DNA from: Thiohalorhabdus sp.
Lineage (GTDB): Bacteria; Pseudomonadota; Gammaproteobacteria; Thiohalorhabdales; Thiohalorhabdaceae
Direction: 5' to 3'
Length of the DNA stretch: 64,000 nt
Assembly (NCBI RefSeq): GCF_036628635.1
Contig: NZ_JAZKRM010000011.1
Span: 3,468 to 67,467, forward strand
Below are positions 38,931 to 48,454 of the stretch, one piece after another; within the stretch, counting starts at the first letter, position 1; each line of letters begins with the position of its first letter. Below the pieces are notes generated by a model. That model saw only the letters and a program-made list of their open reading frames with translations. It was not told where the DNA came from and searched no databases. The translations under genes were made by a program, and so were the position numbers.

Positions 38931-38946
38931 ACAAGATAGGGGCTCA

Positions 38947-39831
38947 ATGTTCTCTCCGCGCCAGACGGCAGCACTTCTCGGTGTCAGCGAATCCTCGGTG
39001 AAGCGCTGGGTAGACCGGGGCCGGATCCGGGCCGACCGCACCGCTGGCGGCCATCGCCGGATCCACCTGCCGGAGCTGGCGCGGTTCGTGCGGGAAGCTA
39101 AAATGGAGATCGAGCGTCCCGATCTGCTCGGCCTAGTGCCTAACCGATCGGAGCCGGAGGCCACGGGTCAGGGGGACAGCGACGAATTTCGCCAGGCCCT
39201 CCTCCAGGGCGCGGGAGACCAGGCCCGCACGCTGTTGATACGGGCATTCCTGGGCGGGGCATCGGTGCCGCGGCTTATCGACGAAACGTTGGCGCCTGCG
39301 CTTCGGAATGTGGCCGGTCTGTGGCAGCGCCGGGATGACGGTATCTTCCTGGAGCATCGGGCGGTAGGGGTCTGCGAGACGGCTCTGGAAGGGCTGCGGG
39401 GTTTGCTTTTCCGGCCCGGGCCGGATGCTCCGGTAGCGGTCGGCGGCGGGCCTGCCCTTGACCCCTATACCCTGCCGTCGCACCTGGCCGATACCACCTG
39501 GCAGGCGCAAGGGTGGCGGCCGTTGAATCTGGGGGCGTTCACGCCGGTGGAGGTGATGGCTGAGGCGGCCGTCACAGAGAACGCGGAGGCGGTGTGGCTG
39601 GCGGTTAGCAGCGCCGAAGGGCCAGAATCCGTAGGCGAGATGGCAGAAGCGCTTGTTTCAACGCTAAATGCCGCCGGCTGGCGGGGCCCGGTGGTAGTGG
39701 GTGGGCCAGCCTGCCGTAGGGGGACACCCGTGCTGCCTGCCCCCGCCTATCTAGTGCCGACCATGGTCGAGCTGGCGGCATTCGCCAAGGGGCTGAGCGA
39801 CAACCGCGCGATGATGGATGGCAGGCCGTAA
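38947..39831 (+). CDS. CarH/LitR-like regulator: MerR/excisionase-type HTH plus a B12-binding-like module
   Basis: N-terminal HTH (RQTAALLGVSESSVKRWVDRGRI). Helical bundle with WQRRDDGIFLEH (W-x9-E-H). The Rossmann module keeps the D-x-H-x-x-G(~41)S-x-L(~27)GG spacing, but the site reads DPYTLP (His to Tyr, Gly to Pro). Confidence 0.7.
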   Translation: MFSPRQTAALLGVSESSVKRWVDRGRIRADRTAGGHRRIHLPELARFVREAKMEIERPDLLGLVPNRSEPEATGQGDSDEFRQALLQGAGDQARTLLIRAFLGGASVPRLIDETLAPALRNVAGLWQRRDDGIFLEHRAVGVCETALEGLRGLLFRPGPDAPVAVGGGPALDPYTLPSHLADTTWQAQGWRPLNLGAFTPVEVMAEAAVTENAEAVWLAVSSAEGPESVGEMAEALVSTLNAAGWRGPVVVGGPACRRGTPVLPAPAYLVPTMVELAAFAKGLSDNRAMMDGRP

Positions 39832-39934
39832 ACCGGGCGCGGACCTAAATAAATGTCTATGGCGGGTAACGGCCCGCAAAACTCGGGCGATTACCGGCCC
39901 TCGGCCGGGGCCGCTCAGAGCGAAGGAGTAACCA

Positions 39935-40348
39935 ATGAGCAGCGAAGCCAACACCAGCAAGTATTCGGCCCTCGCCCCTAATGGACCGGATACCATGACG
40001 AACGGTGGCCCCGGTGAGCTGATGGCTCTGGATGGCCGCATCGCGGAAAGCATCAATGGCCTAGGCCGGTTTCTAAGTGATGATCCGTACCGGTCCCCGT
40101 CCCCGTCCCCGGGACCGGTACCGATCAATGCCGAGGTTCCCCCGGGGGATGACGGCGGGGGCCCGGATTCCGGCCGGCTAGCAGTTAACGAGATCGACGG
40201 GGAATTCGGTGGCATCATCGATCAACCTGTGAACGATGACATCGGCGCCATGGACGCCTCTCTGGATCGGGGCCTGGAACGCTTGTTGCAAGAGAGAGCT
40301 GCCGACGAGCCGGCCGTTGCGGCCAGCGGTCGGCAGCTCGGCTCTTGA
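39935..40348 (+). CDS. hypothetical acidic, Pro/Gly/Asp-rich protein (137 aa)
   Basis: The ATG follows GAAGGAG. Low-complexity acidic composition and no recognisable family. Confidence 0.45.
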   Translation: MSSEANTSKYSALAPNGPDTMTNGGPGELMALDGRIAESINGLGRFLSDDPYRSPSPSPGPVPINAEVPPGDDGGGPDSGRLAVNEIDGEFGGIIDQPVNDDIGAMDASLDRGLERLLQERAADEPAVAASGRQLGS

Positions 40349-40368
40349 AGCCAGGCAGGGAGGCTGCC

Positions 40369-41312
<944 letters not shown>

Positions 41313-41316
<4 letters not shown>

Positions 41317-42590
41317 CTGGCCAGCGCATCGCTGTGGTCGGTGCCGGGGTCTCCGGTCTGGTGGCCGCCGACCGCCTGTCTCGGCATCACCAAGTCACCC
41401 TGTTCGAGGCCGAGTCCCGTCCTGGCGGTCATACCCATACCGTGACGGTGGACGCGGCCGAGGGTCCGCACCGTGTGGATACGGGCTTCATCGTGTTCAA
41501 CCCGGCCAACTACCCCCGGTTCACCGCTCTGCTGGACGAACTGGGCATCGGATCCCGTCCTTCGGAAATGAGCTTTAGCGTGCGCTGCGACCGCACTGGT
41601 GTCGAATGGGCAGGGGCGGATTCGCTCAACCGCGTGTTCGGCCAGCGGCGCAATCTGGTTCGACCGGGGTTCTATCGCTTGCTAGCCGACCTGGTGCGAT
41701 TTGCCCCGGCCGCCCGGGCGGTGGCGGCCGAACCCGACGACCATCGCACGGTGGGGCAGTTCGTGGCCGAAAACCGTTTCGGCCGCAGTTTCGTGGACCA
41801 CTACCTCCTGCCCCTTGGGGCGGCGCTGTGGTCATGCCCCACAGGGCGCTTTGCCGAGTTCCCTATCCGCTTCGTTGCCGAGTTCCTGGCCAACCACGGC
41901 ATGCTGGAGCCGCTCGGTGCCCGCCCGCAGTGGCGCACCGTCGTGGGCGGCTCAGATCGCTATGTGGACGCTCTGCTGGCCCGCTTCCCCGGGGGGTTGC
42001 GCCTGGGGACACCCATCCGGCGAGTTCATCGCAGCGAACAAGAGGTGGTGGTGGCGCGGCAAGACGGCGGTTCCGAATGCTTCGACGAGGTGGTCCTGGC
42101 CTGCCACGCGGATCAGGCGCTGGGCCTGCTGGATCGGCCCACGGAAACGGAGCAAAAGGTGCTGGGTGCCTTCCCTTACGAGGCCAACGAGGCAGTGCTG
42201 CATACCGACACTTCCGTGCTGCCTCGGGCCCAGCGCACCTGGGCCGCCTGGAACTACCGCCGGCCGGCGGTAGGGGAGGACGGGGTCTCGGTGACCTACA
42301 ATATGAACATCCTTCAAGGCCTGGCGGCCCGGGAGGTCTACTGCGTCACCCTCAATGAGGGCGGCGAGGTGACGTCCGACCGGATTATCGCCCGCATGAC
42401 CTACCATCACCCGCTTTTCACCAGCGAACGGGCCCGCGCCCAGGCGCGACACCCCGATCTGCTCCGGGCCCATCGCACATCCTTCTGCGGTGCCTACTGG
42501 GGCTATGGTTTCCACGAAGACGGCGTGCGCAGCGCCTTGGCAGTGGCCGATGCCTTTGACCCTGCCAAGTCCCGGGAGGAAGCGGCATGA
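41313..42590 (+). CDS. FAD-dependent oxidoreductase (amine-oxidase fold; UfaD-like position)
   Basis: Dinucleotide motif IAVVGAGVSGL...LFEAESRPGGH. ATGA overlap with the desaturase. Confidence 0.85.
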
Positions 42591-43378
42591 TCCGGCAAAG
42601 CGCCATCTACCAGGGAACCGTGGTCCACCGGCGGTCCACGCCGGTGGACCACACTTTCCGCTACCGGGTGAGCTATCTCTATCTCGATCTGGCTGAGTTG
42701 GACACCGCCTTTGCCCGGCGCTGGCTGTGGTCGGTGGACCGCTTCAACCTGGCCGCCTTCCACCGCGCCGACCACCTGGGCGATCTGGAAAAGCCGCTGG
42801 AAACATCCGTCCGCGACCTGGTGGCCGAACGCACCGGCTGGCGCCCGGAAGGGCGCATTTGCCTGCTCACCCTGCCGCGGTACTTCGGTTACGGCTTCAA
42901 TCCGGTGAGCTTTTACTACTGCTGGAGCCCTTCTGGAGACTCCTTGGAGGTCATCGTGGCCGAGGTCAATAACACCCCGTGGGGGGAGCGCCACTGCTAC
43001 GTGCTGGATCCGGCAGAGAGCCTCAAGCCTCGGGGGCATCGCTTCCGTTTCGACAAGGCCTTCCATGTCTCGCCCTTTTTGGCCATGGGCTATACCTATG
43101 ATTGGCGCTTTAACGCGCCCGGGGAAGACCTGGCCGTGGTCATGCGCAACGAGCATGACGGCGGGCTCGACTTCGAGGCAGCCATGGCGCTCGAGCGCCG
43201 GCCGCTGACCGGCCTCCAGCTGGCACGCGCCCTGGTGGCCTATCCGTTTATGACCGGCAAGGTGGTTGCCGCAATCTATTGGCAGGCCCTGCGTCTCTGG
43301 TGGAAAGGGGTGCCTTTCCACCCCCATCCGGAGTCCGGACAGAAGCCGCCGACCTCTACCAAGCGGGGATCGTCATGA
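42587..43378 (+). CDS. DUF1365 family protein (UfaO-like position)
   Basis: Start SAIYQGTVVHRRSTPVDHTFRYRVSYLYLDL and the FNPVSFYYC motif. ATGA overlap at both ends. Confidence 0.8.
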   Translation: MIRQSAIYQGTVVHRRSTPVDHTFRYRVSYLYLDLAELDTAFARRWLWSVDRFNLAAFHRADHLGDLEKPLETSVRDLVAERTGWRPEGRICLLTLPRYFGYGFNPVSFYYCWSPSGDSLEVIVAEVNNTPWGERHCYVLDPAESLKPRGHRFRFDKAFHVSPFLAMGYTYDWRFNAPGEDLAVVMRNEHDGGLDFEAAMALERRPLTGLQLARALVAYPFMTGKVVAAIYWQALRLWWKGVPFHPHPESGQKPPTSTKRGSS

Positions 43379-44667
43379 GCTGGGATAAAGCCGTTTCCGC
43401 TGCATCCCCTGGTGAAGCTCCCTTGGGGCCGATCGACCGAGCCGCACGTGGGCTCATGCTGCACCGGCTGGCCGGCCTAAGGGCGGGCCACATCACGGTG
43501 GCCGATGCCTCCGGCGAGGTCGCCGCCGGTGTCGGTGATGCCGCCCCGGACCTCACTGTGCGCATAACCGTCTATCGGCCCCGGTTCTACCGCCGGCTGC
43601 TCACCGGGGGCAGCCTCGGGGCCGCCGCCGCCTACCTGGACGGCGACTGGGACTGCGACAACCTGGCGGGCCTGTTCCGTGCCAGCCTGCGCGGCCTCGG
43701 CCGCAATGACATGGAAGGCGCTAGCACCCTCACCGCGCTGGGCGCGAGGGGCTGGCACTGGCTGCGCCGCAACACCCCGGCCGGCAGCCGGCGCAACATC
43801 CGCGACCATTACGACTTGGGCAACGACCTTTTCGCCCTTTTCCTGGATGACTCCATGACCTATTCCAGCGGCATCTTTCCGGAAGCCGAGGCCAGCCTGG
43901 AGGCGGCCCAGACCCACAAGCTCGACCGCATCTGCCGCAAACTGGCTTTGGGACCGGAGGATCACGTCCTGGAAATCGGCACCGGTTGGGGCAGTTTCGC
44001 CATCCATGCCGCCGGCCAATACGGCTGCCGGGTGACCACCACCACCCTGTCCCAGGCCCAGTACGAGGAGGCCGCCGCCCGGGTTACCGAGGCCGGCTTG
44101 GACGACCGGGTGACCCTGGTTCAGGCGGATTACCGCGAACTCACGGGTCAGTTCGACAAGCTGGTAGCCATCGAGATGATCGAGGCGGTAGGCGCCGACC
44201 ATCTGGAGCCCTTTTTCCGGCACTGCGCGCAGCGCCTGACGCCACAGGGCCGCATGCTGCTCCAGGTGATCACGACCGGTGAGCAATACTACGCTGACTA
44301 CCTGCGCTCGGTGGATTTCATCCAGCGTTATGTGTTTCCGGGCAGCCATTGCCCCTCGCTGGGAGCCATGGTGGCTGCGGCAGGGGCCGGTAGCGACTTC
44401 CGCCTGACCCATGTGGAAGACCTTACCCCCCACTACGTCGAGACCCTACGGGCCTGGCGCCGTCGCTTTTTCCAGCGGCGGGAGGAGGTCCTGGGATTGG
44501 GCTATCCGGAGCGCTTCCTGCGGCTTTGGGACTACTATTTGCAGTATTGCGAGGCCGGGTTCGCCGAGCGCCATATCGGCGACCTGCAGGTGATGCTGGC
44601 CCGGCCTTTGGCACGGGGCGAGGAACTGCCCTCCGAACTGCCCCAACCCGGGGAGGCCACACCATGA
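43375..44667 (+). CDS. cyclopropane-fatty-acyl-phospholipid synthase family SAM methyltransferase
   Basis: HYDLGNDLFALFLDDSMTYSSG, SAM motif VLEIGTGWG and YLQYCEAGF near the C-terminus. Confidence 0.9.
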   Translation: MSWDKAVSAASPGEAPLGPIDRAARGLMLHRLAGLRAGHITVADASGEVAAGVGDAAPDLTVRITVYRPRFYRRLLTGGSLGAAAAYLDGDWDCDNLAGLFRASLRGLGRNDMEGASTLTALGARGWHWLRRNTPAGSRRNIRDHYDLGNDLFALFLDDSMTYSSGIFPEAEASLEAAQTHKLDRICRKLALGPEDHVLEIGTGWGSFAIHAAGQYGCRVTTTTLSQAQYEEAAARVTEAGLDDRVTLVQADYRELTGQFDKLVAIEMIEAVGADHLEPFFRHCAQRLTPQGRMLLQVITTGEQYYADYLRSVDFIQRYVFPGSHCPSLGAMVAAAGAGSDFRLTHVEDLTPHYVETLRAWRRRFFQRREEVLGLGYPERFLRLWDYYLQYCEAGFAERHIGDLQVMLARPLARGEELPSELPQPGEATP

Positions 44668-45242
44668 ACGCGCCGACCACACCGTGGCTGCTGTTCAACC
44701 TCGGGGTTCTGAATGCGGGGTGGTTCGCCTGTGTCCTGGGCAATGCCTACGGCGTCCCCCTTGTCGGTCCCGCGGTGGTGGCCGTCCTGTTGGCTGCCCA
44801 CCTGGGCCTAATGGCCCCGGAGCTCCGGTGGCGGGAGGTGGCCATACTGCTTTTGGCGGGCGCGGTGGGCTATGCGGGTGATTCGGCGCTGGTCATGGCC
44901 GATGCCATCGGTTTCGATCCGGGCAGCGGACCGGGAGCGCCCACCAAGCTGTGGATGGTCGCCATGTGGTTGAATTTCGCCACCGCCCTTAACAGTGCCC
45001 TTTACTGGCTCGCCGGGCGCCCCATTCTGGCGTCGCTGCTGGGCGCGGTGGGCGGACCGCTTGCCTACCTCGGTGGCGCCCGGCTGGGGGCCCTGGTCTT
45101 CCCCGCGGGGGATGGCTGGGCACTGGTCCTGATCGCACTGGAGTGGGCCCTGGCCATGCCGCTTTTGCTGGCCCTTAACCGCTGGTTGGGCCGCCGTTTC
45201 CGGCGGGCTGGTGCCGGTCTCAATGCGGAGGTGTCCCGATGA
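44664..45242 (+). CDS. DUF2878 family membrane protein
   Basis: Small polytopic membrane protein (LFNLGVLNAGWFACVLG). Typically found after CFA synthase in this gene cluster. Confidence 0.65.
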   Translation: MNAPTTPWLLFNLGVLNAGWFACVLGNAYGVPLVGPAVVAVLLAAHLGLMAPELRWREVAILLLAGAVGYAGDSALVMADAIGFDPGSGPGAPTKLWMVAMWLNFATALNSALYWLAGRPILASLLGAVGGPLAYLGGARLGALVFPAGDGWALVLIALEWALAMPLLLALNRWLGRRFRRAGAGLNAEVSR

Positions 45243-46042
45243 GCATCTGGGTGCTGCTGGGCTGGGGGTGGCTGGGTATGGCCGTTCTCATGGCGGGATT
45301 GTGGTACGGCCAGTGGCGCTCCCGAAACGCGGGCATCGTGGACGTGGCCTGGGCCGCGGGGGTGGCGGTGCTGGCGGTGGGATACGCCGTCGCCGGCGAA
45401 GCCGGGGACCCCGCCCGCCGCCTCCTGATCGCCGTCATGGCCGGTCTGTGGGGGCTCCGCCTGGCCGGGTACTTGGCCCGACGGGTGAGCGCCGAGGCCG
45501 AGGACGGGCGCTACCGGGCCCTGCGGGAGGCTTGGGGCAAGCGCACCCAGCCCTACATGTTCCTGTTCTTCCAGATCCAGGCGCTGTGGGCGGTGATGTT
45601 TTCCCTACCCATCCTGATCGCGGCGCGCAACCCGGCGCCCGGGCCCGCCTGGTACGACTGGCTGGGCGTCGCCATCTGGGTCCTGGCCCTAGGCGGCGAA
45701 TCACTGGCCGACCGGCAACTGGCGCGCTTCCGGCGGGACCCCGCCAATCGCGGCGGGGTGTGCCAGCAAGGCCTGTGGCGTTACAGCCGCCACCCCAACT
45801 ATTTTTTCGAGTGGCTGCACTGGTGGGCCTACGTCGCGATGGGCCTGGCCGGGCCATTCGGGTGGGTGACGCTGGCCGGCCCGGCGGTGATGCTATTCTT
45901 CCTGCTCAAGGTGACCGGGGTGCCGCCGACTGAAGCCCGCGCCCTGGAGAGCCGCGGCGAAGCCTACCGGGCCTATCAGCGCACCACCAATGCCTTCTTC
46001 CCGGGGCCGCCGCGGCCCCAATCCGGAGGTGAAAACCGATGA
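45239..46042 (+). CDS. DUF1295 / steroid 5-alpha-reductase-like membrane protein
   Basis: C-terminal [19 protein letters not shown] motif. Confidence 0.8.
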   Translation: MSIWVLLGWGWLGMAVLMAGLWYGQWRSRNAGIVDVAWAAGVAVLAVGYAVAGEAGDPARRLLIAVMAGLWGLRLAGYLARRVSAEAEDGRYRALREAWGKRTQPYMFLFFQIQALWAVMFSLPILIAARNPAPGPAWYDWLGVAIWVLALGGESLADRQLARFRRDPANRGGVCQQGLWRYSRHPNYFFEWLHWWAYVAMGLAGPFGWVTLAGPAVMLFFLLKVTGVPPTEARALESRGEAYRAYQRTTNAFFPGPPRPQSGGENR

Positions 46043-47094
46043 CCACAGTCGCCCCCCTGATGCGCTCCGCCATCGACTGGATGGAGCGCGGCCACCTGCC
46101 CGACGCCGTCATTCGAGCCGGCATCAGGCGACTGTTGCGCCAGCGGCTAGCGGAGGAGGCTGACGGCTCGCCTGAGCAGCGCCTGAACCGCAACCAGGCC
46201 TTTATCCAGACCATGGGCGAGGGCCCCCTGGCCCCGCTGCCCGAGAAGGCCAACGAACAGCATTATGAGCTGCCGCCGGCGTTCTTCGACGGGGTGCTTG
46301 GTCACCGACGCAAGTACAGTGGCTGCTTGTGGCGCCCGGGGGAAGAGGATCTGGACGCCGCCGAGGACGCCGCCCTCGCCGAGACCTGCTATCGGGCCGA
46401 TCTTCGGGACGGGCAGCGCATCCTGGAGCTTGGCTGTGGCTGGGGCGCATTGACCCTATGGATGGCGCAGCATTACCCGAACAGCCGCATCACCGCCGTT
46501 TCCAACTCGGCCCCGCAGCGGGAGGCCATCCTGGCCCGGGCCGAGGACGCCGGACTGGACAATGTGGAGGTGATCCAGGCCGACATGAACGTGTTCGACA
46601 CCGATGATCGCTTCGATCGGGTGGTCTCGGTGGAGATGTTCGAGCACATGCGCAATTGGCACATGCTGCTGGCGCGTATCCACGGGTGGCTGGTGCCAGG
46701 TGGGCGTCTTTTCGTCCACTATTTCTGCCATGCAAAGCAGGTCTATCCCTTCACTACAGAGGGTGTCGGCGATTGGATGGGTCGGCATTTCTTCACCGGC
46801 GGCATCATGCCCAGCGATGACCTCATGTTGCACTTTTTGGGGCCCCTGCGGCTGGTGGGGCGCTGGCGCTGGGACGGCACGCATTACGCCGCTACCGCCG
46901 AGGCCTGGCTGGCCAACCTCGACAGCCGGACAAGCGAAATCATGCCGGTTTTGGAGGCCACCTACGGTACCGGTGAGGCCGAGCGGTGGCGCCATCGCTG
47001 GCGGGTGTTCTTCATGGCCTGCGCCGAGCTGTTCGGGTTCCGGGAGGGCAGCGAATGGTGGGTGGCCCACTATCTGCTCGAGCGACCCGCATGA
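46039..47094 (+). CDS. second CFA-synthase-family SAM-dependent methyltransferase
   Basis: [12 protein letters not shown] motif ILELGCGWG and a C-terminal FFMACAELF. Confidence 0.85.
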   Translation: MTTVAPLMRSAIDWMERGHLPDAVIRAGIRRLLRQRLAEEADGSPEQRLNRNQAFIQTMGEGPLAPLPEKANEQHYELPPAFFDGVLGHRRKYSGCLWRPGEEDLDAAEDAALAETCYRADLRDGQRILELGCGWGALTLWMAQHYPNSRITAVSNSAPQREAILARAEDAGLDNVEVIQADMNVFDTDDRFDRVVSVEMFEHMRNWHMLLARIHGWLVPGGRLFVHYFCHAKQVYPFTTEGVGDWMGRHFFTGGIMPSDDLMLHFLGPLRLVGRWRWDGTHYAATAEAWLANLDSRTSEIMPVLEATYGTGEAERWRHRWRVFFMACAELFGFREGSEWWVAHYLLERPA

Positions 47095-47194
47095 GGGCAG
47101 GCTTCCACCAAGTTGGCATGGCGCCCATCATGGCCCGCCAACTTGCGGCGATTTCGGCCCCTGGCGGTCGGCGCTTCATCTCAGGGGAATCCTC

Positions 47195-47704
47195 GTGTTG
47201 CTAGGACTGTTTGGTTGGTCAGGAGGGAGCAAGGCTGGGCAACTGGTGGTGGGGGGTGCCGCCCCCGGCTTCGAGCTGGTGGACCAAGACGGCGAGCTCC
47301 GGCGGTTGGCGGATTACCGGGGGCAGTGGCTGGTGCTGTATTTCTACCCCAAGGACGACACCCCCGGTTGTACCACCGAGGCCTGCAACTTCCGGGATGA
47401 CGTGCCGCGTCTGCGTCGTATGGAAACGCGGGTGCTGGGCGTGAGCGTCGACAGCCGTAACAGTCACGCCGCCTTCGCCGAGGAGCACCACCTGCCGTTT
47501 CCCTTGCTGTCCGATCGCGACGGCGAGGTGGCCCGCGCCTACGGGTCCTACGTGGGCCTGGGGCCGATCCGCTTCGCCAAGCGCAATACCTTCATCATCG
47601 ATCCCGACGGCAGCATCGCCCGCATTTACCGCAAGGTGAAGCCGGCGACCCACAGCGACGAAGTGGTGACGGCGGTGGCCGAGCTTCAGGAGAGCGACGG
47701 CTAA
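47195..47704 (+). CDS. bcp: peroxiredoxin Bcp (thiol peroxidase)
   Basis: APGFEL, WLVLYFYPKDDTPGCTTEAC and LGVSVDS. The start is uncertain (GTG 47195 chosen). The ORF extension back to 46604 overlaps the methyltransferase and looks non-coding. Confidence 0.85.
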   Translation: MLLGLFGWSGGSKAGQLVVGGAAPGFELVDQDGELRRLADYRGQWLVLYFYPKDDTPGCTTEACNFRDDVPRLRRMETRVLGVSVDSRNSHAAFAEEHHLPFPLLSDRDGEVARAYGSYVGLGPIRFAKRNTFIIDPDGSIARIYRKVKPATHSDEVVTAVAELQESDG

Positions 47705-47713
47705 GACGACGGC

Positions 47714-48454
47714 TCAGTCCTCCAGCCGGTCGCTGACCTCGCGCCACAGGTCGCGGAAGGCGCGCGCAGCGGTGGAAGAGCGAGCGAACTCGAACAGCGG
47801 TGCGCGCGCCTCGCCCATCTTCTCCACCGTGGAGGCGTAAGGTATGTGCTGGTCGAGCATAAGCACTCGTTTGTCAGATTCGGCCGCCATGGTCTCCTGA
47901 TGCATTCGCTTGCGCCGGTCCACCATGGCGAAGAACGGCCAGGTAGGTACCCGGATATCGTTGTCGTCCATGAAGTCCAGAAGCTGTTCCAGCGTGCGCA
48001 GTGACAGGGTGGTCGGGATGGTGGGCACGAGCAGGGCGTCGGCGGCGCGGAAGATGTTCTCCGAGACCACCGAGACACTGGGCGGGCAGTCCAGGATCAC
48101 CAGGTCGTAATCGTCGCCCAGCTGCTTGAGACGCTTGCGCAGCTGGTTGGCAGGCTTCTTGGTGTCGCCGAACAGGAGATCCATGTTGCGGTAGTCGAAG
48201 TCGGCCGGGACCAGGTCCAGATTGTCGAAGTCGGTACCCTTGATGGCCTCGTCCAGGTCGCGCTTGCCGCCCAGGACCTTCTTGGTGCCCTTCACCTTGG
48301 GCTTGATGCGGAAGTAGAAGGTGGCCGCCGCCTGCGGGTCGAGGTCCCAGACCAGAGTGCGCCGGCCGGCGCGCGCCGCGAGGTAGGCGAGGTTGACGGC
48401 GGTGGCGGTCTTGCCGACGCCGCCCTTGTTGTTATAGACGCCCAGGATCCTCAT
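47714..48454 (-). CDS. ParA/Soj-like deviant Walker A ATPase (orphan; no parB or partition site seen)
   Basis: NNKGGVGKTATAVNLA with the signature lysine, LVWDLDPQ and LVILDCPPS. ATGA overlap with the upstream CHAD gene. Confidence 0.9.
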   Translation of the reverse strand: MRILGVYNNKGGVGKTATAVNLAYLAARAGRRTLVWDLDPQAAATFYFRIKPKVKGTKKVLGGKRDLDEAIKGTDFDNLDLVPADFDYRNMDLLFGDTKKPANQLRKRLKQLGDDYDLVILDCPPSVSVVSENIFRAADALLVPTIPTTLSLRTLEQLLDFMDDNDIRVPTWPFFAMVDRRKRMHQETMAAESDKRVLMLDQHIPYASTVEKMGEARAPLFEFARSSTAARAFRDLWREVSDRLED

